A stretch of 64,000 nucleotides of DNA from Anthoceros angustus (lineage: Eukaryota > Plantae > Anthocerotophyta), in the NCBI GenBank assembly GCA_010909165.1, contig MU008165.1:1054001-1118000 (forward strand). The letters are read 5' to 3'. The notes beneath the pieces were generated by a model, which searched no databases, was not told the origin of the DNA, and saw only the letters and a list, made by a program, of their open reading frames with translations. Positions 13,201-26,185 of the stretch are shown here, in pieces; positions within the stretch are counted from its first letter, which is position 1; each line of letters starts with the position of its first letter. The position numbers and the translations under genes are program-made.

Positions 13201-14662
13201 GTGGATCAGCCCGTAAACTTGAAAGCTGGTGGCAATGAAGTCTCTATCCTATGCATGACCGTTGGACTCCAGGTATCGTTCTTGCTGGAAGTCAGCACTG
13301 TGTGGATGTTCAGTGATACCTGGGTGTTAACAATTTCTGCACATATGTCTGCATTGCACTTAACTGGGCTGATTGTGAATGTGAGAAGAACGCTGGAGCG
13401 TTCATGGAGAAGGAAGGCGCAGGAATTCAGGGAAGGGTGAAACTCCAAGGTCTACCGTTTGGGGATAGAGATCTCACAGAACTTGAGTGGATCCATCAGG
13501 TTTGTAACTTTCGCAACCCTGCAGTTGGCAAGTGCGGCACTTAGACCTTGGCCTGATCTAGGACCTAAGGCCTGTGATCCTATCGTGACCACAGTAGAAG
13601 TACAAGCGTTTTCTCTTGTGTAGGTGGGATTGAAGGGAGAGTACTGCGGGATTTTCAATGAAAGTGGAGCTAAAAGGGTTGCATGGTCTTCTGGAACATC
13701 AGCTACCGCCCATCAACCGCTGACTTGGTTCAAGGTACAAGTCTAAACAGAGACTCTTGTGGAGAAAGGAGACATGAAAGGCACGCTGAAAACTTGCTTC
13801 TGGGGGAGTTACAGACCCGATTCGATGCTCCGGATGGAGAAGATCCAGTGGCCCTTGACCTGGGCAGTATGGGAAAGGGCCAGCTGTGGGTGAATGCTCG
13901 CAGCTTGGGTCGGTTTTGGCCATTAATGAAGGCTCCAAATAGCAGTCTCTGTGATACCTGTGACTACAGGGGCACCTACAACAAGCAGAAGTGCGCAACA
14001 GGCTGTGGAGAACCAACCCAGCGATGGCAAGTTACTCCTCACAAGAGCCTTTCATTCATGAGTGCGGCTGTATCAGCTGCTCTAACCGGCGCAAGACTTC
14101 TGTTCCTTCAGGTACCATGTTCCACGAGGGTGGTTAAAACCTAAGGACAACCTCCTGGTCCTTGTGGAAGAGCTCAACGGAGATCCATCCGGTATTGCCA
14201 TTGCCACACGTACCCTCACCCATGTTTGCAGCCATGTATCATCCAGCCATCCTCCACCACTGGAGAGCTGGGGAATCCAGATGGTCGTGTCGCCAACCCA
14301 GGTTCTGCACCCTGAGGTCAGACTAGAGTGTGATGCCGAGCGAATCATTTCTGCCATTACCTTTTCGAGCTTCGGCAATCCATTCGGCAGTTGCAGGGGG
14401 TTTCAAAAGGGATCCTGTCACGCTGCCAACTCACAAGCTGTGTTGGAGAAGGTAGCCAGGCAGTTTTCTGAAGTTCCTCACCTCAACAGGTCAACCTGCT
14501 CCGGCTTTTAACTTCTCCAGGATGCACCTGTGCAGGCATGCTTGGGACGCCGACAATGCACCGTGGAGGTATCTGTGAGGAGTTTTGTAGCAGATCCTTG
14601 CCCAGAACATATCAAGAGCCTGGCGGTACAGGCTGTATGTGAAGAAGGCGATCGTGGAATAG
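10254..14662 (+). CDS. Beta-galactosidase, GH35, with signal peptide and C-terminal SUEL/galactose-binding lectin domain; many short introns
   Basis: Signal peptide, then [113 protein letters not shown], and lectin motif [11 protein letters not shown]. Stop TAG at 14660-14662. Confidence 0.95.
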
Positions 14663-15370
14663 ACGATGGGAACTAGGTTTCTGCAGGCTGAGCTTGTTCT
14701 GACAAGTGTGTGTCGCAAAGGGGATGTCAACCAACTTCCAACCCATTGACGGACGAGGTTTCGGTGGTACTTCTCTGTACATATGTTGTGTTATTCATCT
14801 TCGTGTCCTCAAGTGATGTTCGATGCTACAAAGAAAGCCGGATATCTTTTGTTGAATGTATCGATATCTCGATACATACACATTTGTCCCTTTGCCTTGG
14901 CTTTTCCTTTGATGTATATTCCAAAAGTGTACAAACTGTAGAACTGACGACGTCATCAAGTCCTGGAACATGTCTTCGTCTAGCCGATCCCAGCCGTGTA
15001 ACACCAGCGTCTTGATGCTGAAATTTTCCTGCAGCCCTCGAGAAAACGCGTTGGTGAACCTAGGTGGACCAAACGGCTTCGTAAGCTCAAGTTGCAGCCA
15101 CTCAGCAGTCTTCCGCTCCTGAAGGATCGTGATCAGCAATAGAATCCAACTCTCAACATCGTCCAAATGCTGCGAGTGAACTATGTACGTGGAGTTTGGT
15201 GGTGTTGCTGTTTTCTTAGGGCTCCCAATTCGTGTGTGACGAAGAAGCTGGCACGTCTGAGGTGATACAGAGCAGGGTTGGAGCGAAGCACGCGAGCCAG
15301 GGCTTCTCCCAGCCCCGGCTCCACAGCCTCCTGGCCTGCCGGACACCAAGAACAAGCTCGACACTAAGTA

Positions 15371-15513
15371 CAAGCTCTATGGTGGAGTGATTGAAAGTAG
15401 CAAGAGGATTTTGGGCCGTGTTCAAGCAGCTATTTAGCAAGTGTCCTCGCCCACAGTGTGGTCCGCTGCTCAAAATCCTCCTGCTGCTTTCAATCACTCC
15501 ATCGTAGAGCTTG
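15371..15513 (+). ncRNA. Candidate pre-miRNA / hairpin RNA (46-bp stem, 51-nt loop)
   Basis: Arms 15371-15416 and 15468-15513 are reverse complements with 5 differences. Four of them are G:U pairs when the + strand is folded. Confidence 0.5.
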
Positions 15514-15584
15514 AGCCTTGAACCGTGGCGCAAGCAGAGCTCCCGGCCTGGGCCCAACACTTCATGTCCACCGTCCAGAAGTAG

Positions 15585-16302
15585 GTGCCCCAGGAACCGT
15601 TTAGGTGCCTGGAAAACGTTGACATGTACACAAAATGTGGCAGCTTGGAGGATGCCCGAACTGTCTTCGCCAGAATGGTGACCCGAGATGTTGTGATTTG
15701 GACTGCCAAGATAAGCAGGATACGCCGATCACGGGCTTGGCCTAGAAGCCGTCAAGTTGTATGCAAGTATGGAGCAGGAGGGCCCTGTGTGCACGAAAAG
15801 CATTTGATAATTGTCTGCTGGATCGGCTGTGACATGGATTGTATGATTGCTGGAAATGTTGAGCATGGGTGATTTGGTCGAGAAGCCCTGGCACTGGATG
15901 CACGTATGCAACAGCAGGGTATCTCTGCTGTGACATATGTTTGCCTCCTGAAAGCACGTGCTGAACTCGCAGAGTTAAATGAGGGCAGAAAGCTTCACCG
16001 TCAAATTCAATAGCAAGGGCCTGGTGGACGTGTACGCAAGGTGCGGCGACTTGATGGATGCTCACTGACTGTTGAACAGATTGCTGACAGGAGACGTGGG
16101 CACTTGGAAATGCCAGGATTGCAGGATATGTGCAGCATGGTGTTTGTCAAGAAGCTCTGGCTCTGTATGCAATGACGCAGCAGGTGAACATTAATTCAGC
16201 TGATAGGGCAACATTTATATGCTTGCTCAACTCCCACGACTAGCAGAGATAGCTGAGACTGTAGCTGAAGTTGCAGCACAGGCAATGTCAACCTTCGCGA
16301 CC
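15585..16302 (+). pseudogene. PLS-class PPR gene remnant, copy A
   Basis: VDMYTKCGSLEDARTVFARMVTRDVVIWTA, IAGYVQHG and ATFICLLN motifs, with frameshifts and stops. Confidence 0.8.
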
Positions 16303-17982
16303 TCGGGAGATGAGGCCACGAGAAAGGCGTGCTGCCCCAAGGGCTCAGAAGCCTCCTGCTGTTAATATTAGGCGATAGACTGTAGTACCTGGCAGTGCCG
16401 GTGCTGCAATGGACAAGTTCACTTTGGCATTGGAAAGCCTTGTCCACAGTGGGATAATTGGCAAGGTGTAATCCTTAGATTGTGGCTGTAGCTAATTGGC
16501 GTGCCTGGGCCTGAATGTGTTGCCACCTTGAATTGAGATTCGGCACCTTGTTTATAGGAGCCCGGAGATGGCTGAAGGTGGAGGTTAATGTGTTTCTTAA
16601 TCAAAGATTAAAGAAGAGTGAAGAAAATGTGATCGAGACAAGCAACAGCGAGGAGAGTGTCATTGAGACAAGCATTAGTGAGGAAAATGTGATGGACATG
16701 GGCAACAGTGAGGAGGATGTTAGTGGGATTCGGAAAGAGCGTAGGCCTCACGGAGGCCTGGTGTGGGGTTTTTTGGTCGGAGCCTTCTTTGTTTGTTTCC
16801 TCTCCGTTGTTTTCTCACCACAGCATCTACAAGACAGGCTGTTAGGGGTGCAGTTTTGGGGCCACAGCTTGCAGACGATGTGTGTGGGTTTCAGCTACAT
16901 AGTTCGTAACTGGCGCTTCGATGTTTGTGAAACTCCCGGGAGCCTGTGTGTGGGTAGGCATTTAAGTTCTTCCTTCTGTGGATGGCTCCTTTTTTTTTTC
17001 TGCAGGTGGCTACAGCTCAGAGGCTATATCTTATGCCGAAGCCCTGGTGGAGAGCAAGTTTGTTCCTCAGTTCCAGATGATGCAGCTTGGGGATCTCTAC
17101 AACCATGTCTTTCTCAAGGGATTGCCATCAAGGACGGAGGAGACTCTGGTTACTCTAATGGCTGGCGAAGTTGATGTCAGTCAAAGCGTCGTCATCTGCC
17201 ATAGTGAATCGGGAGCTTGGTATCCTCCTTTGTCCCAAACAACTCCTTGTCCTCCTGGAGGATGTGAGCAACCACTGTATGTGATAGGGCAGAACCATGT
17301 TTGAGACAGACTTGGTGACTGCAGACCATGTGGACCGCTGTAACTTGAGGGATGACGTATGGGTTTCAACAGACTTTCACACGGGATCGTCTGCCCGGAG
17401 TGGAGTTCATGCATCTAAGCTTGTGAAGGTGCCTCAGATCGTTGATGTGCATTTCTTTGATCCTAGCTATGTCCAAGCTTGCAGAATGCCTGCAGGGAGG
17501 TGCCTATACGTCAACTGTCGGGATGCTTTGGAACCCCAACGCTTTTTGTTTCTGATCTTTAAGTGGGAGATCAGGAAAGGATGGGGCACTCTTATCAAGG
17601 CTTACATGTAAGAGTTCACTGTGGAGGACAATGTTGTGCTACAGCTTTTGACAGATGTTTTTTATTCAGATCACGATATTGGTCGTTCATTCAGTCCTGA
17701 TAAAGCGAAGTCCACGACTTTGCTTTATGAAGGACATTTGAAGGAAAGGAACGTGAAGGAGCGGATAAGGCGGGATCCTAGTGAAGTTATTCGTAAAGCA
17801 GTTCTTCGGATGCTTCCCAGGAACAAGCTGAGAGATGTAGGTCCCGCTACTTGTTTCGATGCTTTGGGGCTGTTTGTGATCATTTCTCCATACCGAAGAA
17901 TGACTGGCATTTTGGTTGCTTTGGTACTGTTTCCCTTTGATGACAAGCCTCTGGAGCCACTTGTAATGCCTCCTAGAAAGGT
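16303..17982 (+). pseudogene. Inverted, circularly permuted duplicate of the uL13-glycosyltransferase locus: uL13 3' end, spacer, 5' two-thirds of the glycosyltransferase, filler, then the uL13 upstream exon and intron
   Basis: 16303-17682 is the reverse complement of ~56302-54815 and ~17726-17982 of ~56656-56303. The copy has frameshifts and a retained, partly deleted intron. Confidence 0.9.
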
Positions 17983-18699
17983 GTGTAGGATCTATCTAGT
18001 GCATTCGCACACAAAGGACGAATTCACGTTGCAGCAACACCATGCTCCCTGTTGTGAGTTCTGTTGTTCTATCATGTTCGGAAAGCACCTCGCATCTTCC
18101 TTACCCCTGGCCTAACTTTGTGTGGAATATTTCATGTGAACTCAGGCAGTCAAAGCAGATTTGGTGCTCGACAAAGTTGTTGCTGGCAGCGTGCTAACTG
18201 GCATGGAAAATGAGTGTTGCTTGCAAATCTACTCCTCTCGTAAGCGTGTTGCCATTGCATCATTAGGGTTGTGTGTTTGAGAAGGCTTCCGTGGATATGT
18301 TGATTGTTCGGAACGGCAAGACTGTGTACAACCGTCAGTGCATGTTCACGTATGTAGATTTAGTCCACTATCAAAGCTTTCACCTTTGTTCTATCCTTCC
18401 TTCACGAGAGCTGACAGGTCCTATCAGATGCAATGTCCCTCCCTGCCTGCTGGAATGCAATGTCCCTCCCTGCTTCCCTGCCTGCAGCAATGTATCTTCT
18501 TGAAGGAACAGGAATTCTTGGTTGCTGTAAGCTGTTAATGCTCTCCGGGGTTTTTTCCTGAGAGGACACAGCCTCATGAGGGACCGTCGGACAGAGACGA
18601 GGATACTGAACGAACTGCGTGGTCTGCCTGTGCTAATCATGCGCTTTGCCAAGAAGCCCACAAGCTGTACGCTAGTGTGGAGCAGGAGGTCCATGTGTC

Positions 18700-19570
18700 A
18701 CCCAATCACGTCACGTTTGTACCTCCTACCCTGAAAACCGTGTGAAAACATTGGAGCTTTGATTAAGGGTAACCACCTTCACTCTCATATTCAAGACAAA
18801 GGTCTTGTCATGAACATGGTTGTTGGTAGCTGTCTCGTGAGATGTGGGAGCTTAGAAGATGCTCGAAAAGTATTTGATGGATTGTCCGCTAGATCGGCTC
18901 TGACCTGGACTTGCGTGATTGCTGGATATGTTGAGCTTGGGTAATTTAGTCAAGGTGCCCTGGCACTGCATGCAAGTATACAACAGCATGATTTCTCTGT
19001 AGCAGGTGCTGTGACATACGTTTGCCTCCTAAAAGCATGTGCCTAAGTCGCAGCATTCAAATGAGGGCAGACAGCGTTCATCGCCAAATTCAAGAAAGTG
19101 GACTTGAGGATGATGTGAATATCGGCAAGGTCCTGGTAGAGGTGTATGCAAAGTGCGGCAACTTGATGGATGCTCTCCAATTGTTGGACAGATTGCAGAC
19201 AGGAGATTGTGGGCACATGGAAATGTCCTGATTGCAGGATATGTGCAGCATGGTGTTTGTCAAGAAGCTCTGGCTCTGTATGCGATGACACAGCAGGTGA
19301 ACGTCATTTCAGCTGATAGTGCAACATTTATATGCTTGCTCAACTCCCACGAGTAGCAGACATAGCTGGCACTGTAGCTGAAGTTGCAGCACGGAAATGT
19401 CAACCTTCGCAGCCTCGGGAGATGAGGCCACGAGAAAGGCGTGCTGCACCAAGGGCTCAGAAGCCTCCTGCTGTCAATACTAGGCGATAGACTGTAGTAT
19501 CTGGCAGTGCCGGTGCTGCAACGGACAAAATCACCTTGGCATAGGAAAGGCTTGTCCACAGTGGGATAGT
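18700..19570 (+). pseudogene. PPR remnant copy B, plus a truncated second copy of the uL13 3' end insertion (19415-19568)
   Basis: CGSLEDARKVFDGL..TWTCVIAGYV and EVYAKCGNLMDA. Same junction as at 16303: cttcgcagcc|tcgggagatgagg. Confidence 0.8.
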
Positions 19571-19788
19571 TAGAGTGCAACTACCAATCCTGGACACCAC
19601 GCTGGCCGCACCACGCTCGCCGCACCGAGAAGGTGCGACCCATTACGTTTGGCGTCCACCTTTCCACATCAGTGGTCATTAGAGTTGGCCCTACTCTCTA
19701 CTCGTCCATCAGATCATGGCTTCGGTGTGTACATAGCGAAATCCCAAAATACGCACGATTGCACTGGTGTTCACAGCAGCGGGGAGCC

Positions 19789-22700
19789 ATGGCGACGGCA
19801 CCGGGGCTGGCGCGCAAGCTGAAGAAAGTTTTGGAGACCCGTGCCGACTCCCCGGAGCTGCTGCCATCAGTGGGAACTCTCTCCACTTTCTACACCGAAA
19901 ACACGCTGCAGGCCCGCAGGAACCTGCGAGCTACGATTGAGAAGCGTGCACTGATGATCAATGACGAGTTCCTCAGAGCATACGAGTCCGCTCAGAAGGT
20001 CCTACACTCTTGCGGAGTTGCCCTGTAGATCCTAGGGTTTTGCTCCAGCAGTATGTATGTGTTGGATCTAACGCTTTATGTCGAGGTCCGTGGTCTTAGG
20101 TGATCTCATGTGTGTTTGCCAGGCTCTGGACGTGGTGGAGTTGGAGGTCGCTGGGTTAGCAGAGTGCTGTGATAGGTTAGGCTTCACCTTCAATCTCTTG
20201 TGTTCCGATGTTTGGTATAAAGTCTGGTCTTCACGTTTGTGATGATTTGACAGAATAGCCAAGTCATTGAGCAGCTGGAGTGCCACTACTGGCGATATAG
20301 TGACAGCTACAGACAGACTCAAGCAGGAGCTTGAAAACACCAACCAAAGACAAGAACTGATTGCAAACTTTCTGCACAATTATCAGCTCTCTCCTGAGGA
20401 GGTATGCATGTTCGTGTGAGGAGGATGTAACTGTCTGGTATCCTTCCTCGTTAGGCATGAACATTCGATCCGGCATTCCCAGGTGAATGCATTACGCGAA
20501 GATGATCTCAATGAGAACTTTTTCAAGGCACTCACACGTGTGCAAGAGATACATTCTAACTGCAAGGTTCTATTGCGTACACATCACCAGGTATTTTCTG
20601 TTCTGTCGAAACTTGTTGTTCATCTTTGACCTCTTAATGCCTCTCCTAATCGTTTGTGTTCTTCCTCTCTTCAGCGAGCAGGGCTAGAGTTGATGGACAT
20701 GATGGCTGTTTATCAAGAAGGGGCATATGAGCGACTTTGCAGGTACTCAGCTGCTGCACAGTATGAAAGCATTGAAGTCTTGCCCCGATCATAAATAGGT
20801 GCCAACTACAGGATATTTTCGTCGTATCTTTGCTCTAATTAGTCATCCTGGTGCCTTTTGTTTCGCATGCTGCAGCTCATCATCTGCCCGTTTCTCAGTC
20901 TGCTGATTCTGGCAGGTGGGTGCAGGCAGAGTGTCGTAGCCTCGGTGATAATGATACCCCTGAAGTCAGCGAGCTGTTGAAAACTGCTGCAGCAGCTTTG
21001 AAAGAAAGGCCGGTTCTTTTCAAATATTGTGCAGAGGAGGTGAGGGGATACCGCGCCGTCTATTGCTGTGTATGAGAAAGGCTGCAATCTGATGTCATTC
21101 CCAGATTGGTGCAGACCTTTCACTCAGTTAACCATCTTTGACTGTAAATGATAGGTGGCCAACACAAGACACAACGCCCTGTTTAGGCGCTTCCTCAGTG
21201 CACTTACACGAGGAGGTCCTGGTGGAATGCCCAGACCTATAGAAGTACATGCACCTGATCCGCTCCGATATGTTGGTGACATGCTTGCATGGCTTCATCA
21301 GGTAAAGCTAGGACAAAATCTCCAAAGTCTTCTAGGATTGCATCTTGAGATTAATTGTAGGTTGAACTGAGACACATCACTTCCTTCTGCAAAATTCAAC
21401 AGGCCTTGGCATCAGAGCATGATCTTGCTCTGGCGCTCTTCAACACAGATGCCACATTAGCCAATGGCTCTCGGAAGGGCTCATTTGATGGGTCAGCATC
21501 CAGGCGCTTTTCTAGAGATGTGGACAGAGACGAGAGCAAGGTTGAGACAGACATGGCTTTTGTACTTGATCGAGTATTTGAGGGAGTATGCCGGCCCTTC
21601 AAAATAAGGGTGGAACAGGTCTTGCAATCACAGCCGGGTCTTCTGTTGGCTTATAAGCTCAGCAATCTACTAGAGTTCTATACACACACCGTAAGTAGCT
21701 TTGTGTACAACGACGTGTGACCCTTTCCAGGTTGCAACCTAGTGGTCAAACTTGACAAATGACATGGTTTCGTGGCAAATTTGCAGGTCTCTGAATTACT
21801 TGGGCATGGTGCAGCTCTTTCAGCAACAGTAAGAGATTTGACAGATGTATCCAGGCAGACTTTCTTTGATATCATGAAGGTGCATGGAGACAAGCTTTTG
21901 AGATATCCAACTCCTGTTGCAGCGGACTTGTCACCTCCTGCAGCAGTAGGGGAAGGAGTTTCATTGTTACTAGAACTTATTGACAACTACGAGAGGATGA
22001 TGGTCCCAGCGGGTGGCAACAAACCAGACTTCGATCCAGTCATCGATGCTATTCTGAACCCTTTGAAACAAGTGAGTTCTTATGCAGCCAGCACTAGAGA
22101 GTTTTACTTTCACTGGAGAACGCAAAGCTAACTGTCTGTGTGGATGTCTACAACAGATGTGTGAACGTGCTGCAGAGTCATATGTGGGGAAACCTCAAAT
22201 GACACACGTCAGGAAACTTAGCAGTGGAGGCATAGACACTGGTCGCAGCTCTGGCACACAACGCAGGGCTAATACGGTTGAGAATATCTTGACTGGCTCA
22301 CACATCTCCATTCCCACTCAAGTAAGAGTCATTCCAGTTTCTGTTCCCACTTCCTCCACAAGCACGTCATTCTGTATGTCCTACTCCTTGGATCTAATAC
22401 GTGCGTGGTTTGATTGCAGGGAGTGACAGCCTTGCGACTCATTTTCTTGGTGAACTGCTTTTCAGCTATGCAGCAGCCTATGTTGTCACATGCTGTTGCG
22501 GAAAGCTGTGTGAACTCACTGGGAAATCTGATCGAGGGACACATGACAGCTCTTGTGCACCAGGAATCCAGTGCGATTCTTGAAAGGTGTGGCCTGAACA
22601 AAAAGCTGCAGTATATCAGTGAACGTCAATCAATGGCATCTTCGCATGCGGAAAGCGTGGCCAACGGAGCCGACGTTCACCCATTGGCTGATGTGGAGGA

Positions 22701-22959
22701 GTTGTCCCCTCTTGCGGTTGCAGAGTCTCTGCGGATTTTCTTTGGTCTCTTGGCAACAAAAGAGGGGGCTGTACGAGAATTTGAGCAGATCCAGGTTCCG
22801 CAGCTAAGGAGTGAAGCGAGCAGTAGAGTTGCGAGGGCTTTGGCAACTGCTTATGAGGCCCTTTATTTGGCTGTCAGTAATCCTGCAAATGGTTACCCGG
22901 ACCCTAAGACACTGCTCAGGCACACTCCCGAGCAGGTCCGGACTATGCTTGGAATATAA
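19789..22959 (+). CDS. COG6: Conserved oligomeric Golgi complex subunit 6, multi-exon
   Basis: [96 protein letters not shown], and C-terminal [13 protein letters not shown]. Consistent GT-AG introns. Confidence 0.95.
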
Positions 22960-23577
22960 GTTCCGGATCTTCGGATCCAGCCGGGCGTGAGGCTAGTGGG
23001 AATCCCTGCGACCTATTGTTGTCCTATTGGCTTCTGGACCACTGCCTTGTTGGTGCCGGGAGAACATTACACGTCGCTGCAAGTTGGAAAGTTGTGAAAG
23101 ACGGCCAACCTTGAAATCAACGTGGGGCTTGGATACCTGGAATGAGGTAACGGCTTAGAGAGCATAGGAGGACATAGAATGCCACTGCCTTGCATCGGCC
23201 ACATTTTCTAGAATTGCTGGGAGCGCTTTCCAGATTGAGACACGCTGGGACAGCCATCCAAATTGAGAGGCTGCGACATCGAGGAGCAGGTCATCAAGCT
23301 CCTTCACAAGAGTCCGAAGTATATTCCGGCGGCTGCACTTCACAAGACTCCGAAGCATATTCCAGCAGTTGCAGCCGCTGATGAAAACGTCTCCCACCTC
23401 CAACGAGCCAAGAAGGAAAGCACGGAGTGCGTGAGAAGCTAAGATTCCTTCCGAATCACCTCCACAAGTACCCGAAGTCGTCACGGGGGGCTGGGCGATG
23501 GGGCACCAGCCTTCGCCACGATCAGAGCGTAGAACTGGAGCCACCCATGCCAATCGGAACAGAATCCAACCACTTGA

Positions 23578-24024
23578 TATGGACATGGTTGTTGGTAGTT
23601 GTCTCGTGGGCCTGTAGTGAAATGTGGGAGCTTAGAAGATGCTCGAAAAGCATTTGATAGATTGTCCGCTAGATCGGCTTGCGTGATTGCTGCATACGTT
23701 GAGCATGGGTGGTTTGATCAAGGTGCCCTAGCACTGCATGCAAGTACATGCAACAACAAGATATCTCTGTAGCAGATGCTGTAACACATCTTTGCCTCCT
23801 CAAAGCATATGCCGAACACAGAGCATGAAACGAAGGCACGCAGCTTTTATCTCCAAATTCAAGAAACTGGAATTGGGAATGATGTGAACAGCCTGGTGGA
23901 CATGTAAGCGAAGGGCGGTCACTTGATGGATGCTTACCATTGTTTGACAGATTGCAGACAGATGTGGGCAAACGGAAATGCCATGTTGCAAGATCTGTGC
24001 AACATGGTGTTTGTAAAGAAGCTC
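23578..24024 (+). pseudogene. PPR remnant copy C, left part (interrupted by the tandem array)
   Basis: Nucleotide match to 18810-19270 (tgtgggagcttagaagatgctcgaaaag...catggtgtttgtaaagaagctc). It resumes at 34695. Confidence 0.8.
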
Positions 24025-25939
24025 CCCATGGCACTTCTTCACAGCCAGCAGCAATATGCTGCAATTGCAGCCAAATGTCCAACAAAATTGTTGTAATCCT
24101 GGCTGGAAGCGCCACAAATCTGCAAGATTCTACAAAGCTACACCCATGCATGCCTGATTATGAGAGGGCATGAGGCTGGGGCAATACATTGTTGAGATTG
24201 GGTCCCTTGCTGATTTTGCTGCAAGTTGTCCAAGGCTTCAGTGAAGTGCTCAAAGGAAATCGTCAATTCATCAATCGTAGCTTGAATTTCTTGGAGTCTT
24301 CCGACGACAGCTCTAGTTAATTCTTTCTGCTACCTGATTGGAGACCCTCATCAGCAAATCCTCAGTACCTGAATTGAGCAGCTGTCCAGCACGAGATTGC
24401 TAGACAGATTCCAATCTTTGATTCTCTCAAGCTTGCTGATCATGGGCTGCTATACCATGATTGAAGGACATTCACGGGGAGAAGAACAAGAGCAATTCAG
24501 GGATTGTGATTTGCATTGGTACGATCTCCTACGGCTCCTTAGTTCAAGTTGTTGCTTGAACATCCGCTTTTGTAGGAGTTGATCAAGCTCCGCCTGTGTT
24601 CTAAGATGGTCAACAACACTGGTGGACCAAAATTTCACATCAACGCGGCACCCTGTCCTCCACGTCATCGCAGTAAATGGTAGCTAGTCACATTTGAATT
24701 ATCAACAGGCGGAGGAATGCAGCCCTAGCGGCCATGTGGTCCAAGGATGCTATAGGTTTGAAATGCAAGTAGAATATCATGAAGCTACCACAACATCCAT
24801 ACATTGAGCACCTAGTGCTCTCATACCATATTAATTTATGAGCGGAAGCTCTAAGCAAAATTGCACAACAAAGCAAGATGAAATTAATTAAAATCGATGA
24901 CAAAATTATCTTAAATACATGTAACGCGGTGTTGTAATGACCGTTCACGATTAACCTAAATATTAAAAAGTAATCACTGGTAGGTTAAACTAATTCCCCT
25001 ACTTCTAACATATCACAAAATAAGTGCAATTGATTGATGGTGTTCCTTTTTGTATTTCATGGTGAGCACACAATTTGCTACAGCTTCTCCTATGGTTTTG
25101 AGGAGAGTGCATCTAAGGCATAGATGCTTGCAACACCATCTCTACTTGGAGTACTAAAATAAAACTCCTCATTGGATTTGTGAAACAACCACTTCATTTG
25201 CACTTGCTTCAAACAAAACAACCATAAATGTGATGAAGGATCGGACAACAAAAACGACGTTGAACTCTTTGGCCATCCAGAACGAAATGCAACTTGACAA
25301 GTTGTCCTTGTCGCATTGTCTTCCTCCTGCTCCGGAAGATGCGTTACTTCAAACCAAGGATAACTAGTATTGTAGTGGACGTTTGTGATAACTCCTGGAG
25401 GATCCTGTGGTTCCACTTCATCGTGTTCTTCAAATAGTGCTCCCAAAGGTAGTGCTTCATCCATAACATCTGTTGTGAAAGGTTGTTTGTAAGTGAATGG
25501 CGCCCATTGCTCTGTAAATGCGTCCGAACCGATGTCACTTGCATCAAATTGTTTCAATTTTTCCCGATAAGTGGGTCAATCACAAGTATGCAGCAAGTGT
25601 TTTCAGCTATGTTATAAAAGGTTTTCACTTTTAAAATCTCTATGGTACCTGAGACTTCCCAAAGAAGGAAAGATCGTTTACGAGATCCTTCAAAATTTCA
25701 TTCTGGATTTTTCCCACTCTCCAAAATATGGGAACTCCGTTTGTCGCCATGGATGTAGGCTAGGAGCCACTTGTCCATCCTTAATGCCTCAACCTTTGCA
25801 TCATGCAAATTTCCGTAATAAGATTGCATAGGCGTATCGTGGAATGCGATGGCCATCGACCTTCATAAGTTACATGTGCGGTTGTCTTCATCATCTTGCA
25901 CATAAGCTTCTTCCCATGCGTCATTGTCTTGAGGCTTGC

Positions 25940-26185
25940 GCATCACTCCACGGTTGTCCATTGGTGGCTTCTTCACGAGTTTCGTGCCATGGTTCTCCAT
26001 GGGTAGCTTCTTCATTAGTTGCATCCCATGGTTGTTCATCACTCCATGGTTGGTCATCCGTGGTTTCTTTATAGGTTGCACTCCATGGTTGTTCATCACT
26101 CCATGGTTGGTCATCCGTGGTTTCTTCATAAGATGCACTCCATGGTTGTTCATATGTGGCTTCTTCATAAGTCTCACTCCACTCC
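25940..26185. repeat. Composite 15/30-nt minisatellite (ccatggttg core) encoding acidic Trp-containing repeats on the minus strand; also at 30240-30485 and 34430-34670
   Basis: Repeated catcactccatggttg / ccatggttggtcatccgtggtttctt; translates as (E)ETTDDQPWS(DEQPWS). Confidence 0.85.

Noticed and set aside
16515-18115. Apparent functional glycosyltransferase-uL13 fusion gene
   Set aside because: Multiple frameshifts and stops, no catalytic E-x7-E half, and a deleted splice acceptor make it a pseudogene.
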